Both the position numbers and the translations under genes were made by a program. A stretch of 32,271 bases of DNA from Reclinomonas americana ATCC 50394 (taxonomy: Eukaryota): NCBI GenBank assembly GCA_048213135.1, contig PS015047.1:2555-34825 (forward strand), given 5' to 3'. The notes under the pieces are model-generated. The model worked only from the letters and a program-made list of their open reading frames with translations. It made no database searches and was not told where the DNA came from. Positions within the stretch are counted from its first letter, which is position 1. Each line of letters begins with the position of its first letter. Positions 1 through 12,900 of this stretch are shown here, one piece after another.

Positions 1-66
1 GAGCACGCCCTTCCCAGTTGCCACTGACTTTTGTATCGACCTCACACCCCACCGCTCCCGCGTCAG

Positions 67-2619
67 GTTATGGCACAACTACGGCAGTCAGCACGGCAAT
101 GAATGCTGGCGGTGGCGCGGTGTGGACTGTATTCGGGGCTGGCACCGGTTACCAGGTTTGTATGTTTTGGATACATATTCTTATCGGCCGAGGACTCGCT
201 CTGATTCACTACGAATGCAGACTATTACAAATAGCGCATTCACCAGCAATGCCGCTTCCAGCAACTCAGTTGGCGGTGTGGCTAACGGTGCGTATTCCAC
301 GTCGTGTCGTCATCTCTCTCCTCCGCTTTCGTCGCTGACTGTTGAACAGCTCCCTCGGGTTCCCTCATGGGCGACGCAAGCAGCGCTGGCCTGTTTAACG
401 GCGGTGGCGCTGTGTTAATGTATTCCGTTGTCAATGCGTACCAGGTGATGCTAGTAGTATATACAGCAGTCAACGCCTCAGCTTTGTTGTCTCATTGCGA
501 TACTCTCTCTGCAGACTGTTACCAGCACGCTGTTTACCGGGAACACTGCGAACATCAATGCCAGTGGCGGTAGGGTCAACTCAAGCTTTGTCGCATGCCC
601 ACGCTGTGTGCTCAATGATAAATGGTGTGTGTAGGCGGTGGACTGACGGCTGCTGCCAGTTCAGGCGGTTACAGTGGTGGTGGTGCACTGTGGTTCTATG
701 CTGGAGCTGCGGGAGGGCAGGTGAGTGCCCATAAATGCAGTCGCTGAATAGATAGGTAACTTACTTTGTGCGTTTTTTTGCCAGTCGATCGATGACTGCA
801 TATTATCTGGCAACTCCGCGAGTGGCAACGGTGCTGCCAACATCGCCTCTGGTCTGCAGCGGCGTCGTTGGGCGTCTTGTGCTTCGGTGAGGTCACTCAC
901 ATTTCTCTGTCGCAGGTTCACTTGCCGTGAATGCAACGACCACGGCCAGCTACAATGGAGGTGGTGCCGTGTTTGGTGTTATAACCGGAGTTGGTTTTCA
1001 AGTGCGTCTTTGCAGACACCAAGGATTGTTTCAGTGTCCATGTTACTCACACATTCCATCGCAGACGCTAACAAGGAGCGCATTCGCAAACAACATGGCA
1101 AACTCGAACTGCGTTGGCGGTTTTGCCACGACATCTGGTGACTTACTTGGCTGTCTACGATTGTACTCTCTCTCCGACTCTCATGCGCCCCCCTCTGACG
1201 TTTTTTTGAGCAGAGAACTCGGTGAGTAACGCGGACGTTTCCTCGACTGCGTGTGGAGGAGGTGCGGTGTGGTTCTTGCTGCAGGGCGGAGGAAATCAGG
1301 TTTGATTGCCGTCAGATCTACCACAGCTACTATCGTGGAATTTATTGAAACACGGGGTGGTGCAGACGCTTTCCAACTCGACATTTGTCGCCAACTCGGC
1401 GAGTAACAATGGCATGACGCAGTACGCCGGCGGTGTGTGCGGAATGTTTTTCTGCTTGTATGCAGTTCTTCTGGGGCCGCAAACTTCTTCTTTCTTGTTT
1501 GCCAGCCTCTCCTTCATCATGCGCTGTATTATCTCTCTCTCTGATGTGTCGTCGAAACTGCCTTCTATCTCTCTCCCCTCATATCTGTGTTTCTCTCTGC
1601 AGGCGGCGGTTTCAATGTTGCTCGGAGTTCTGCGTCTCTCTTGGGCGGCGGCGCACTGTGGACCAAATTCTGCGCGACGCTGCCTTATGAGGCCCCGCTA
1701 TGCTTCAATTCTGGTTGCACGGGTGTGCAGGTGAGTGATGTACCAGTACATACTGTCCACAGCGTATCCGACCTCATACTGCACTGCAGACAATTCACAA
1801 CTCCACATTCACCAACAATGCTGCCAATGGCAATAGCTTTGGAGGCAATGCGGGGGGTGAGCTCTTAGTCTATCGTCTCCCTGCTGGAGCAAGCGCTAAG
1901 TTCGCATGTTATCCTGTGTAGGTTCTGCCTTTAGCGATTCCAGTAATAGTGGTAATAACGTTGGCGGTGGTGCGCTGTGGACGTTTTTCAGTGTCTCTGG
2001 CAATCAGGTGTGCGGACTTGTGTATACTATTTCAGGTTTCGGGAGCGCTTACTTGGCAGTGTGCAGACTCTTGTCGACTCCACCTTCAACGGAAACTCGG
2101 CAAATTTGAACCTTGGTGGCGGTACTGTACCTTTGTTCTGTGCGGCTTGCAGTGTTAACAATTCGATTCATATTTCTTCGCGATGCAGGAAACGGGTTCA
2201 GCAATTTCGTGTCCAGGAGTTCGGGGACTTACGGCGGAGGTGGTGCCGTCTGGGTGCGGTTCTACTCCATCGCCGGCTATCAGGTCTTGTCATTGGTGCG
2301 CTGCGCACCTGATCACGACCCTCGTCGCTGACTGTTGAAGTTGGTAGACCGTGAGCAACTGCTCGTTTGCCGACAACACAGCCAATACCAACGGAAGCGG
2401 AGGTGAGCAAAGTGTATTCTTCTCATGTGTGTTTTATTCATCCCTTCGTGCTGAGGGAGCATGTCGTCGGCAGGTCTCGGCACGTCGGACACTTCCAGCC
2501 TTGGCGGAGGCAATGGCGGTGGTGCAATGTGGGTTTTGTTTTCCTGCAACACTACTCAGGTTTCGTCTCTCAATGCATCTGCCGCCCCACATGGTCTCTG
2601 TCGTGTGTACCAACGCGAC

Positions 2620-2702
<83 letters not shown>

Positions 2703-2913
2703 GTGTGTGGTCGTACGGACGACGACGTACTTACTTCGTTCGTACGTACGACGTACGACGACGACGACGACGGAGNNNNNNNNNNNNNNNNNNNNTTTCG
2801 TTCGTACGTACCTACTACTACGTTACGTTCGTTCGTTCCTACTACGTCGTACTACTCGTCCGTCCCGCCCGACCTACGTCGTCGTCGTCGTCGTGTCGTA
2901 CGACGACCGTACC

Positions 2914-2996
<83 letters not shown>

Positions 2997-4068
2997 CAGG
3001 TGTTGACGGGCAGCACATTCTTCAACAACACTGCCATTGGAAACAGCAATGGAGGTGAGTCTGCTGCCCAGGCGAGTCATGTGACTGTGCGCTGAGTTGT
3101 TGCGTCATGCGCGCAGGTGCCGGGATGCTCGACGTATACGGATGTGCAACGGCCAACAGTGTTGGCTTAGTAGGCAACGGCGGTGGTGCCATGTGGTCCA
3201 CTTTCTTGGGAACAGCAACACAGGTACTGTGCTTTTAATTCTCGGATATGTGTTCTGTTTGGTTGTTGGGAGCGAGTTCAAGTGAGGCGATTCTTTGAAG
3301 TAGAATTTTAGTTATCGGTGTGTGCAGTGTGCGTGTGCATTAATTGAAACGCCATGAACGCAGATGGTTACCGGTTGCTCGTTCGTGAGCAACCGATCGA
3401 ACCAGAACGGCGTCGGCGGAATAGCCACGTTGCCTACTGGTTGCGTGCAACTTTGCAAGTGCACGCGTGTTGACATGTTGTCAAGCTCATGTCGATTCCA
3501 TCGCAGAGGGCTCTCAAGTTGGCGCCTACGCACTGAGTTCCACCTCCAATAATGGAGGTGGTGCCCTGTTCTCTGTCTTTACCGGTGGTGGATATCAGGT
3601 TCGTGCGCACACACTCGTCAGTCGAAGTGAAGTCCGCACACCTCACGTGCTCTCTGTGTGCAGACGTTTTCAAGCAGTACATTTTACGGCAATGAAGCCA
3701 GTGGCAACGCCAGTGGTGGTACCGCGCAACCTCGTACAGGTCAGTCAACGTGATGGGCGGTGAGTTCGTCGCTACTCCTTGTCGAGAGCTGACACGCAGA
3801 GCAGTGATAGCCAGTGGATATGGTGGCAACCAGGCCGACGCATCTGGCTCAGGCAATGGTGGCGGTGCGGTTTCAGTCATTTTCTCGGCATATGGCACTC
3901 AGGTATGTGAAGACTCTTTCTTCCTCTCCCGCACGCCGTTCCTCGTTTTGTACTTTTCTGCTGACTTGGGGGGAAGACGTTCAACTCGTGCTCCTTTATT
4001 GGCAATGCCGCTCGGTCGAACGGTGCAGGAGGATTTGCTTGGCCGTCGGGTGAGCGGGAGGGACGCTG

Positions 4069-4125
<57 letters not shown>

Positions 4126-6086
4126 CGTCCTTCGCCCACACTTCTCATACCACGCGGTGTGAAGGCTTCGGCAGCAGCACGGCTTCGTCGCTGGCCTACT
4201 TGAATGGCGGAGGTGTGCTTAGTGCATTTTTCTACGGCGGAGGCAGTCAGGTTTGTGCGCACAGATGCATGAACGAACACGTCTTGTGCCGCTCACGTTC
4301 TCGTCCTTCCCAGCTCATTGTGGGCTCAACGTTTGTCAACAACACCGCTGCTAACAACGGAAATGGCGGTTTAGCCAGCACCGGTCTGCGTGTGTGGCTG
4401 TATTTCCAAGGTTGCTGTGCTCGACCACTTAACCCATGACATTGCTTCGCAGATATCGGTGGCGATGCCAATAGTGGAGGTCATCAGAACGGTGGTGGAG
4501 CGTTGCTGACGTTTTTCAACAACGTTCCCGGCAATCAGGTAACTCTCTTGCGATGCTCTGTGTGTGTACGGGGAAAATGATGCTCATACTGTCGGTGGGT
4601 ACGCTACAGACGATTGATTCCTCGACATTTGTCAACAACACGGCCATTGGCAATGGCTCTGGAGGGACCGCTCGAGGTGCGTAGTGTCCTTTCCCCTACG
4701 CGTCAGTTGTCAGGGCGCTGACCTGCAAAGTGTAGGCGTTGTGAGTGCCGACTGCACGAGTGCGAACAATGGTGGAGGAGCCATCATCATTGGCTTTGGA
4801 GGCGGTGGCAGTCATGTAAGTATCACAGCTGCACTGCTGCATGATGTGCATGCGCGTGATTGAGCCGGCGTGTTGCAGATGATCGTGAACAGTACCTTTG
4901 TCGGCAATGCCGCACTGGGCAATGGAGCTGGCGGAGGTATCGCGCACTTTACACTGCTCATTTTCTCTCTCGTTGTTGCTCCAGACCTGTCATCCATCTC
5001 GGTGTGCACCGCTCAACTCCTGTTGCATTCGCTGTCTTTCTCTATCTTTTGTCATCACTCTACACGCACTTGATTCACTCACTCTCTTCTGCAGTCGCCG
5101 CCGCAGGATCGGCCGACAGTTCGAGCTCTGTCAATGGCGGCGGCGTGTTAGCGGCGTATTACTCTGCCTCGATGGTATATAATGCCGTCTCGCAGCTTTG
5201 TGCCCCGCTGCTGTGCGTCGTTCATCACACATGCTACTGCAGCATGCGACGATTGCAAATTGCACATTCACCAACAATACGGCGAGCAATAATGGCGTGG
5301 GTGGCAGCGGTACATCTGCTGTGTCTACAGGAATCATCAACGGCGGCGGTGCGCTGCTTCTCCGAGCCACTGGTTCCTCTGTGGTCAGTCATTCATTCAT
5401 TCGCTGTCCCTTGTGCCTCTACCAACGATTGTTCATTTTCTGCGCAGGTGAGTGTGCAGCAGGTGCAATTTCTGCAAAACTGCGCAGTGGGAAACACTGC
5501 TGGCGGCACTACCCAGTATGGACGATCCGATTCATCTGGAAGTGTGGCCGGTGGCGGCGCTCTGCTGGTGCAATTAGCCTCCAGTGTGCTGCAGGTTTTG
5601 CCGCCCGTCCAGCTATCAACTGATGCAGTGCATGTTTAATAGTGTGTGGCGTGTGTGGCAGGTGAATTCAACTCGCTTTGTCAGCAACACGGCTGCGCGA
5701 AATGGTGAGTGTTTATGCGCATCTGTTCTTCCAACATGGTGGCTCACCGGCTTGTTATTCTGCAGGTCACGGCGGAAGCAATACGCTACTCGCCGCGCTC
5801 AGTTCCACAACGTACTCGGGCGGTGGAGCTCTTTTGATTTTCACTGCGCAAGCAGGCTCCATGTTTGTGCGTCTCACCTCCGCGTGCTGAGGCGAACTTC
5901 CTCTTTTTTGCGGGTTTCGCTGAGCGAATGTGTGCGCACGCGCAGAGCACAAGCAATTCCACATTCACCTCGAATACGTCCTCCTTCAACGGTGCGGGTG
6001 GCAGCTCCACGCAGATGGGTGCGTCGTTTGGTGGCTTGGCTGGCGGCGGTGCCGCGTTGATTGTCGCCTCTGCCCCGTCTTTGCAA
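67..6086 (+). repeat. Array of ~19.5 exon-delimited protein repeat modules (exon A: T-x-x-x-[SC]-x-F-x-x-N-x-A-x-x-N..GG; exon B: ..GGGA[VLM]W......Q)
   Basis: One orphan B exon (67) is followed by 15 A/B pairs with A starting near 221, 515, 785, 1065, 1366, 1790, 2067, 2348, 3000, 3364, 3664, 3977, 4314, 4610 and 4879. Then come fused A+B exons at 5243, 5448 and 5946, and a pair with a shifted intron at 5662/5766. A-B introns are phase 1 and B-A introns phase 0. Confidence 0.88.
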
Positions 6087-9000
6087 GTATGTGAATGATT
6101 CGCTTGTGAATCCCGAGTCACTCGCGAATTACCTCACCTGTCACGTGCTGTGTCGTCTTGGCAGGCTCCATATTCAATAACCAACTGCACGTTTGACAAC
6201 AATCTGTCGAACGGCGACGGTTCTGGCGGCGTGAACAACACACTAAGTGGTCAAGGCAGCGCTCACAATGGCGGCGGCGCGCTGCTGCTGATCAACCCAA
6301 CGTCGGTGACAAGCAGTCGTTTCATCAACAATCGTGCACACAATGCTGGCTCCGGAAGCCAGTCGTACTTGTCCGGCAGCTTTTGTGGCGGCGGCGCATT
6401 GTTGATGCTGAACAACGCCACCGTCTCAATGTCTTCGTTCAGCGGCAACTCGGCCGGCTCCACCGCCACAACCGTCATTGCTGGCCGTGCTTCTGGCGGC
6501 GGTGCCATGTTGTTGGATAATGCCAGCAGCGCCACTCAATGTGATATTTCGGGCAACTCTGTCACCGGTGCTCTGATGACTGGCGGCGGGGTGCTTATCG
6601 GCACCCAGTCTCGTCTGTCGTTGTCCACAGTGTCGAACAACCAGGCTGAATTCGCCGGAGGTGGAGTGGCATTTGTCGGCAGCGATGCTGCGGTGCGTGC
6701 ATCGGCAATCACCGGCAACACAGCGCTTGGTGGCTACGGCGGTGGTGTTGTCATGAACGAGGAGGCTTCGCTGGCCGCCATTGTCGCCACAGTCGTGTCG
6801 GGCAACAAGGCGGCGTACGGCGGCGGCATCTCGCTGCGAGCTGACGATGCGAGCCTGGTGGTGACAGACGGCTCCAGCGTCAGCGGCAATACCGCGGTGC
6901 GTAACGGTGGCGGCGCCCACCTCACCGACACTGCTGTGCTGTCCGTGGAACGCGGATCAAGCATGCAGAGCAATCAGGCGGGGCGTTTCGGAGGCTGTGT
7001 GTTTTCCAACTCGCAGTCGGCCACCGAGTGGAACAACGCGTCCATGGTCGGCAACACGGCGTCGTTTGGCAGTGGCTTGTACGGTGGCGAGGAGAGCAGT
7101 CATGTGCTGACGAATTGCACCGTCACTGGCAACAATGCCACCGCAGCCGATGGTGGTGGCCTGTACGCCGACGGCGTCGTCACCATGCACGTTGCCAACT
7201 GTACAGTGGCTGGCAATAACGCGGCGCTGGCCGGTGGCGCGGTCTACCTGGCCCAACTCGCGCAAGTAACGTCGACTGCGTCACGTCTGTTGAACAATAC
7301 CGCCACGACCACTGGCGGTCACGTCAGTGCGCGTGGCTTGGTCACGTGGTCCGACACCGGAAGCACGCTGTCGGGCGGCAGCGCAGTGCTGCTGGGCGGC
7401 GCTGTGTACGCCGCCAGCAACTCCACCGTCAACCTCTACCTCACCACCCTCGCGAACAATGTGGTGTTGGCTGGAGGTGGTGGCGCGCTATCGGTGAGCG
7501 AAACGGCGCAGCTCTCCGCCAACGGAGTCAACATTGTGTCAAACTCGGCGCAGTACGGCGGCGGTTTGCAAATGGCCAACACGGCGGCGGTGGCGATGCA
7601 ATACTCACAGATGGTGAAGAATCAGGCGCTGGCTGCCGGCGGCGGTGTCTTTGCTGCGGGTTCCGGATCGCTGTCGTGCGAGAGCTGTCAGGTGCTCGGC
7701 AATGTGGCACTCTTTGGCGACGGAGGTGGCGCATCGATTGTCAACAGCACGCTGACGCAGCTGATCGATTGCACGTTTGCGGAGAACGTGTCGGGCAGTC
7801 GTGGCGGTGGCCTCGCAGTGAACATGACTGTGACCGCCAACTCGACCCCCGCCGCGGCGGTCGTACCGGTAGGCGTCACCCTGCTCAACGTGGCCATGTT
7901 TGGCAATCAGGCTCTGGCGCGCACGGGGGCGGCCCACGTCCTTGGTGAGGGTGCCGGCGGTGGCATTTTTTGGGACGGCGGCGGCAATCCACAGCAGCTG
8001 TCGACGGTGGCGGCCACCTTTGCAGCCAGTGGCGGATGGACGCAGTGGGCGGCGCAGAATGGAGTGTCGGTGTACGGCAACAGCGCCACGAACACGGAGG
8101 CCAGTGATGTGGCCAGCAGTTGCGCACCGTTTTTAATTGATTTTTGTTCTCGCAGTGCATCTAATTTGGTTGCTGTATCGCAGCGCTCTATTCCGCGGCT
8201 CTTGAGGTGGTTGCCGGTCCGTCGTACCCGTCACCAAAGACGCCACGGACGGTGCTGGTCAACGCCACCGATGTGTTTGGTCACCTGATGACCACACTGG
8301 ACGCGACGCTGCTCCTGCTGAATTGCCCCGGGTGCAGTGCCGGAGTGCGTCGTCGTCGTCGTCGTCGTTGTGTTGTCTTGCTCTCAGCGGTGACGGCAGT
8401 TCTCACACGTAGTGTCTGTCGTGCAGACTCGATCGCAAGCGCAAGCCACGGTCGGCGGCACGGCCACATTCCAATTGTCGGTGACTGTGCAAGGCCAGCC
8501 GTCCACTACCACCAGCGGCACTCGGTCTGTCCCAACACTGGCGACAAGGGCCACCGACATGACGCTGTCCGTGGGCACCAGCGACGGAGGCAGTTTTGCC
8601 GGACCGGCGCCGCAGCTCACGCTCGATGTGACCGCCTGTCCCGCTGGCCTGGCCTACACGCCCGGCGTCGGCTGTCAAGTGTGCGGACCGGGGACGTACT
8701 CATTGCCGGGCCAGGCTTTCAACCAATCGTGCGTCTCGTGCCCCAACGGCGCCGTGTGCCAGAGCACCTCCAATGGCGGCCAGGGCGTTTTCGTCGAGTC
8801 GCAAAGCTGGGCCTTCCCCGTCAATGCCAACATGACGATTGTGCCGGTGCTGGCTCGTGGGTCCTCGGGATCCACCGTGGTGCCGTCGGCCAGCGGTCTC
8901 GTGATTACCTACGCGTGTCCGTACGACTTTTGCGATACGTCGTCGTCCACGGAGATGGTGCCGGGGGCGAACTATTGCAATCCGCAGAGTCATCGGCTCG

Positions 9001-12000
9001 CCGATTCGCCGTTGTGTGGAGCGTGTGAGGTGAGAAGGGGGATGAAAGGGGAAGGGGGGGGGGGGGGGGGGGGGAGGGAAGGGAAGGGAAGGGAAAGGGG
9101 TAAGGGGTAAGGGANNNNNNNNNNNNNNNNNNNNNNNNNNNNNNNNNNNNNNAGGGGAAGGAGGAAGCAAAAAGGAAAAACATCGAAAGAAGGGTTGCGC
9201 AAGAGAGAGAGAGCGAGGAAGGAAGAAACGAATTGGATGGGAGAAGGGAGGTCAAGGGGTCGCTTGGCCTGTGGCCATGTTGTTCGCGCTTCTAGATCTC
9301 CCCCACTCTTGTCAACCGGTAACATAGGGAGAGTTAATGGGTGACCGGGTTAAGGGGGCAGGGAAGGGAATGGAAGGGAAGGTAGGGGAAAGGAGGAGGA
9401 CAGGGGGAGGACGAGAGAGGAGGAGGGAAAGAAGAGCAACAGAAATGGAGGCAAGGTGTCGTTTGATTCTTGACCACATTATTTATGCAGCTGCAAGAGA
9501 AGTAGAGCACGCAAGGAGAGGGAAGAGGAAGAGGTGTTGAATTATTTGTTTCCTCCCCACTTTGTCAACTCGATAATTCATGCGGTTGACGGGTTGGGGG
9601 TTGGGGGAAGAGAAGAGAGTGAGAGTGGGATGGGAAGGGAAGGAGGGAGATCAAGAGGCCCTTGACCTCGTCTAATTCCATAAGAAGTTGAACACGTAAG
9701 GAGAGGGACGGAGAAGCGATCAGTCATCTCTCTTCGAGCACAGGCTGATCTCGTGCAGCGACTTTCTCCATCTTGCTCGGAAATGTCTCTCTTTCGAGGA
9801 CTGGCCGATCTCATGCGTCATTCTCTCTTTTCCTCTTTCACTCATCCTTCCTGTGCCGCTTGCCTGGCAGTCATCTCGCAGGCACGTGGTGTGCAATATT
9901 ATGGTGTCTAATGCAGTGTTTTCTGCAGGATAACTATTCGCAATGGCAAGGCAGCTGCATTGCCTGCCAGGAGACGTCGTCGGTAGCTCGGCTGGAGGCC
10001 ATTGGCAAGATCTGGGGACTGGTGCTGTTCACGCACATTTCTGCGCAGGGCGGCAAGGATGGTGAGTGTTGCGTGTGGCACGACTTTCTTCTCTCGCTGT
10101 CCTCTGATATCTGTGCGCGCAGCGACCATGGAAATGGTCATCTTCTTTGTGCAGACCACGGCACTGCTGTTCTACCCGAATGTGCAGCTGCTCACGTTCG
10201 GTCGCCTGGTCAGTTTGTTCATGCCACCGTCCTCGTCGTCGCAATGCCCCATTTTCCTGGACGCCTTTGGCGACTTGGTGGCGCGCATCCTGTCGCCGCT
10301 GGTGTCGGTGGGAGTACTGTGGACTACGTTCCTACTCCACCTCGTGTTGGTGCGCCTGCTGGTGCGCCCGTATGTGGCGCGCAGACCCGACGGCGGTGCG
10401 CCGGTGACACGCTGGACGCGTCTTTTGCGCTGGTTCGATCGCATGTCGCACGCCGAAAAGTACCTCCAGTCCACTCTCGTGCTGGCCATTGCGCTGTACC
10501 AGGGACTGGCGGAGGCGGTGGGCACGTACTTTTCGTGTACGTCTGTCGGCGAGTCACACGTGGTGCTGTTTTCGCCCAGTATCATGTGCTTTGAGGGAGT
10601 GTTGCGTACCTTTTCTGTGTCTCTTTGTGTGTGTGGGAGGGATTCATGGTGCTGATTGGCGAGCAATCGTCCCAGTTGGAGCCGCATGTTGCCGCTCTTT
10701 GCGGTGCTCCTTTGCGTGCTGGTCATTATTCCGGTGCTGCTCACAATGGCGATGGTGAGGCTGCGAAAACGCGAGCAACTGGAGGTGCCGACGGTGCGTG
10801 TGTGTGGAACAGCTGTTGTACGGTCGCGATTGTTTGTTGTTCACTGGCTGCTGCATCGCAGGTGCACCGTCGCTTCGGCATTCTCTACCACCACTTCAAG
10901 CCGCAATACGTCTGGTTCCAGGGTGAGAGTCCTCTCTCTGTGTGTGCGTTTCTGTTTTCTTCGCCCTGCTGAAAAAGAAACAATGCAGCGTTCCAGCTGG
11001 CTCGCCGCCTGGCGCTGCTGGTGGTGTTCTTCCCGATGGCGGGTGCGAATCAAGGGTCGGCGTTGCCGCTGGCATTGTGGCTCGTGTTGTCGTCGTTTTT
11101 GGCGGTGCATTTGGCGCTGCGGCCGTACCGAGTTGCTCGGGATAATGTGATGGAGGTGAGCAGGGGTAGAGGGGGCAAAGGGGGTGAATAGAGGAAGGGG
11201 TCAAANNNNNNNNNNNNNNNNNNNNAAAGGGGGAAGGGGAAGGGGAAGAGGAAGGGGAAGGGGAAGGGAAAGGGAAAGGGGAAGGGGAAGGGGAAGGGGA
11301 GGGGGGAAGGGAGGGGGAAGGGAGAAAATGAGCGGCAGAGAGTGCAGAGAGGGAAGAACGGAGTGGCGATGGGAGTGGAAGTTGAGGAGACTGTGGATTA
11401 GTTGCAGGTTGCGATGGCGGATACAGAGTGAGAGGGAGTGAGAGCCATTGATTGAGTGTGGATAGTGAGCGGTGACGAGTGAGCGAGTGAACGAATGCAC
11501 GCCGGAGAGCATGAAGAGTGGTTGAATGAGAATGTGGCAAGGGTGAGGGGTGATAATGAGTGAGGGAGAAGAGTCGATTAAGCGAGCGTGGATAAGCTAC
11601 AATGGCAAATGAGATTTTAAAAGCGAGGAAGATGGGAGAGAAGAAGAAGAAAACGGTGGAGGAAGTGAAGACAAGTGAATGTCAGTGATAAATGAGCGGC
11701 GAGGAATAGAGAGAGAGAGAGGAGTGAGCAAGGGAGGTGGAGGGAAGAAGTTGAGGAGAATGCGGATTGGTTGCAGTTTGCGATGGAAGATGCAGAGTGA
11801 AAGGGAGTGAGAGCCATTGTTTGAGTGTGGATTGTGAGCGGTTACGGGAGAGCAAGTGAACGGCTGAGCGGCAGAGAGCTAGAAGAGTGGAGGAAAGAAG
11901 GGAGCGACGAGCGTGGTGGAGAGATGAGAGAGCTGCTTCTTTCCCACTCTCTTGCTGTTTCGGCTGCTTCGGCTGATAATGTGAATTCACAGGCGATCGG

Positions 12001-12369
12001 CTTGGGCGGCCTGCTGGTGATTGCCACCATCTTTGCCTCGCAAGTGTCGCCGTCCTTCAAGGTCACCGCCGGCATCGTCTTGCTGGTCGTACTGTCCGTG
12101 GTGCTGGCCGGTCCAAAGGTGCTGCAGTTGCTCAGGCGCCTGCAACGGTGGTGCCAGAGTGCGTCGCTGCGACGAAAGAAATCGCGGCAAGGTGAGAGAG
12201 TTCTTTTTGTGTCTCATGAGCGATTTACTGCTTTCTGAACGCGTCAGCTGCCACAGAGGCGAACGAGCCAAAGGAGGCCGATGGTGTAGAATTGGGTATG
12301 GTGAATATGGCGCCGCGCATGCTGTCGCACAGCACGCTGCATGAGCCGTTGTTAGAGAATGCGGAATGA
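67..12369 (+). CDS. Giant Pmp-like (FxxN/GGA) right-handed beta-helix repeat protein with Cys-rich stalk and ~9-TM C-terminal domain; 46 exons in window, 5' end outside window
   Basis: Manual splicing at GT-AG sites gives one open frame. It has 36 short exons (67-6086), a 1954-nt exon (6165-8118) of FxxN...GGA[VL] repeats, then an exon with CPAG/CQVCGPGTYS/CVSCPNGAVC (8428-9028). TM exons follow with FGILYHHFKPQYVWFQAFQLARR and HLALRPYRVARDNVME; stop TGA at 12367-12369. Confidence 0.9.
2623..2992. repeat. (GT)n microsatellites flanking a 20-N gap within an intron
   Basis: Two long TG runs (about 2623-2700 and 2917-2991) surround a gap and TACG-like low-complexity sequence. Confidence 0.9.
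11381..11862 (+). repeat. Intronic ~110-bp diverged direct repeat (2 copies)
   Basis: gttgaggagactgtggattagttgcaggttgcgatggcggatacagagtgagagggagtgagagccattg (from 11381) recurs as gttgaggagaatgcggattggttgcagtttgcgatggaagatgcagagtgaaagggagtgagagccattg (from 11750). Confidence 0.85.
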
Positions 12370-12413
12370 GGTGATGGTAAATGGAATGCTTGTTATTGTT
12401 TCCGGAGGGGATA

Positions 12414-12730
12414 GGGAGAAGGAGGTTGCACAGTGTGTGTGAGACACCACCTCCTGCTGATCGGCTCGGCGGCCATCATCTCGAGAGTGCTCAACCATGC
12501 CCCATCGACAAGCATCCAGCAGCAGGTGGTCTTTTGTAGTGCGCAACAACTTTCTGAGTGAGTGACGCATGCGCGATTGCACAAGGGGGAGGGGAGAGAG
12601 AGAGAGAAGGAGGTTGCACACCGCCGACCATAGGGAGATGGAGGAGATGCAGAAGGATCCTAGCAGGTTGGACTGTGTGTTGCACGACTTCCGCGACACT
12701 ACCCAGTGAGCGAAACATGCGCGATTGCGC
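12414..12730. repeat. Degenerate intergenic tandem duplication (~150-190-bp unit)
   Basis: gagaaggaggttgcaca occurs at ~12416 and ~12604; catgcgcgattgc occurs at ~12568 and ~12716; the intervening segments are weakly similar. Confidence 0.55.
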
Positions 12731-12900
12731 ATCACCGGCCATGAAACCCCAGGAGCAACGGATGAGAGGAAGGAACAGAGGAGGAGAGAAGTTAAGGTGG
12801 AAATAAGTTAACTGTAAAAAATCCGTTTCCTCTCTCACAAAAACCGAAAAATATCGCCGCTTTCCACTTGTCCGTGAGAACTGAATCCCTCCCCCCATAA

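Noticed and set aside
2701..2916. Odd TACG/ACG/CGT-rich sequence beside gaps (also 28607-28709)
   Set aside because: It follows microsatellites at contig ends and mirrors the TACG flow order of 454/Ion chemistry, so it is likely dephased read tail.
67..6086. CRISPR-like or DGR-like periodicity
   Set aside because: The periodicity is at the protein and exon level. There are no identical DNA repeats, no TR/VR pair, and no cas or RT genes.
67..6086. Introner-type mobile introns
   Set aside because: The introns show no evident mutual similarity or terminal repeats; their conserved positions are explained by exon-pair duplication.
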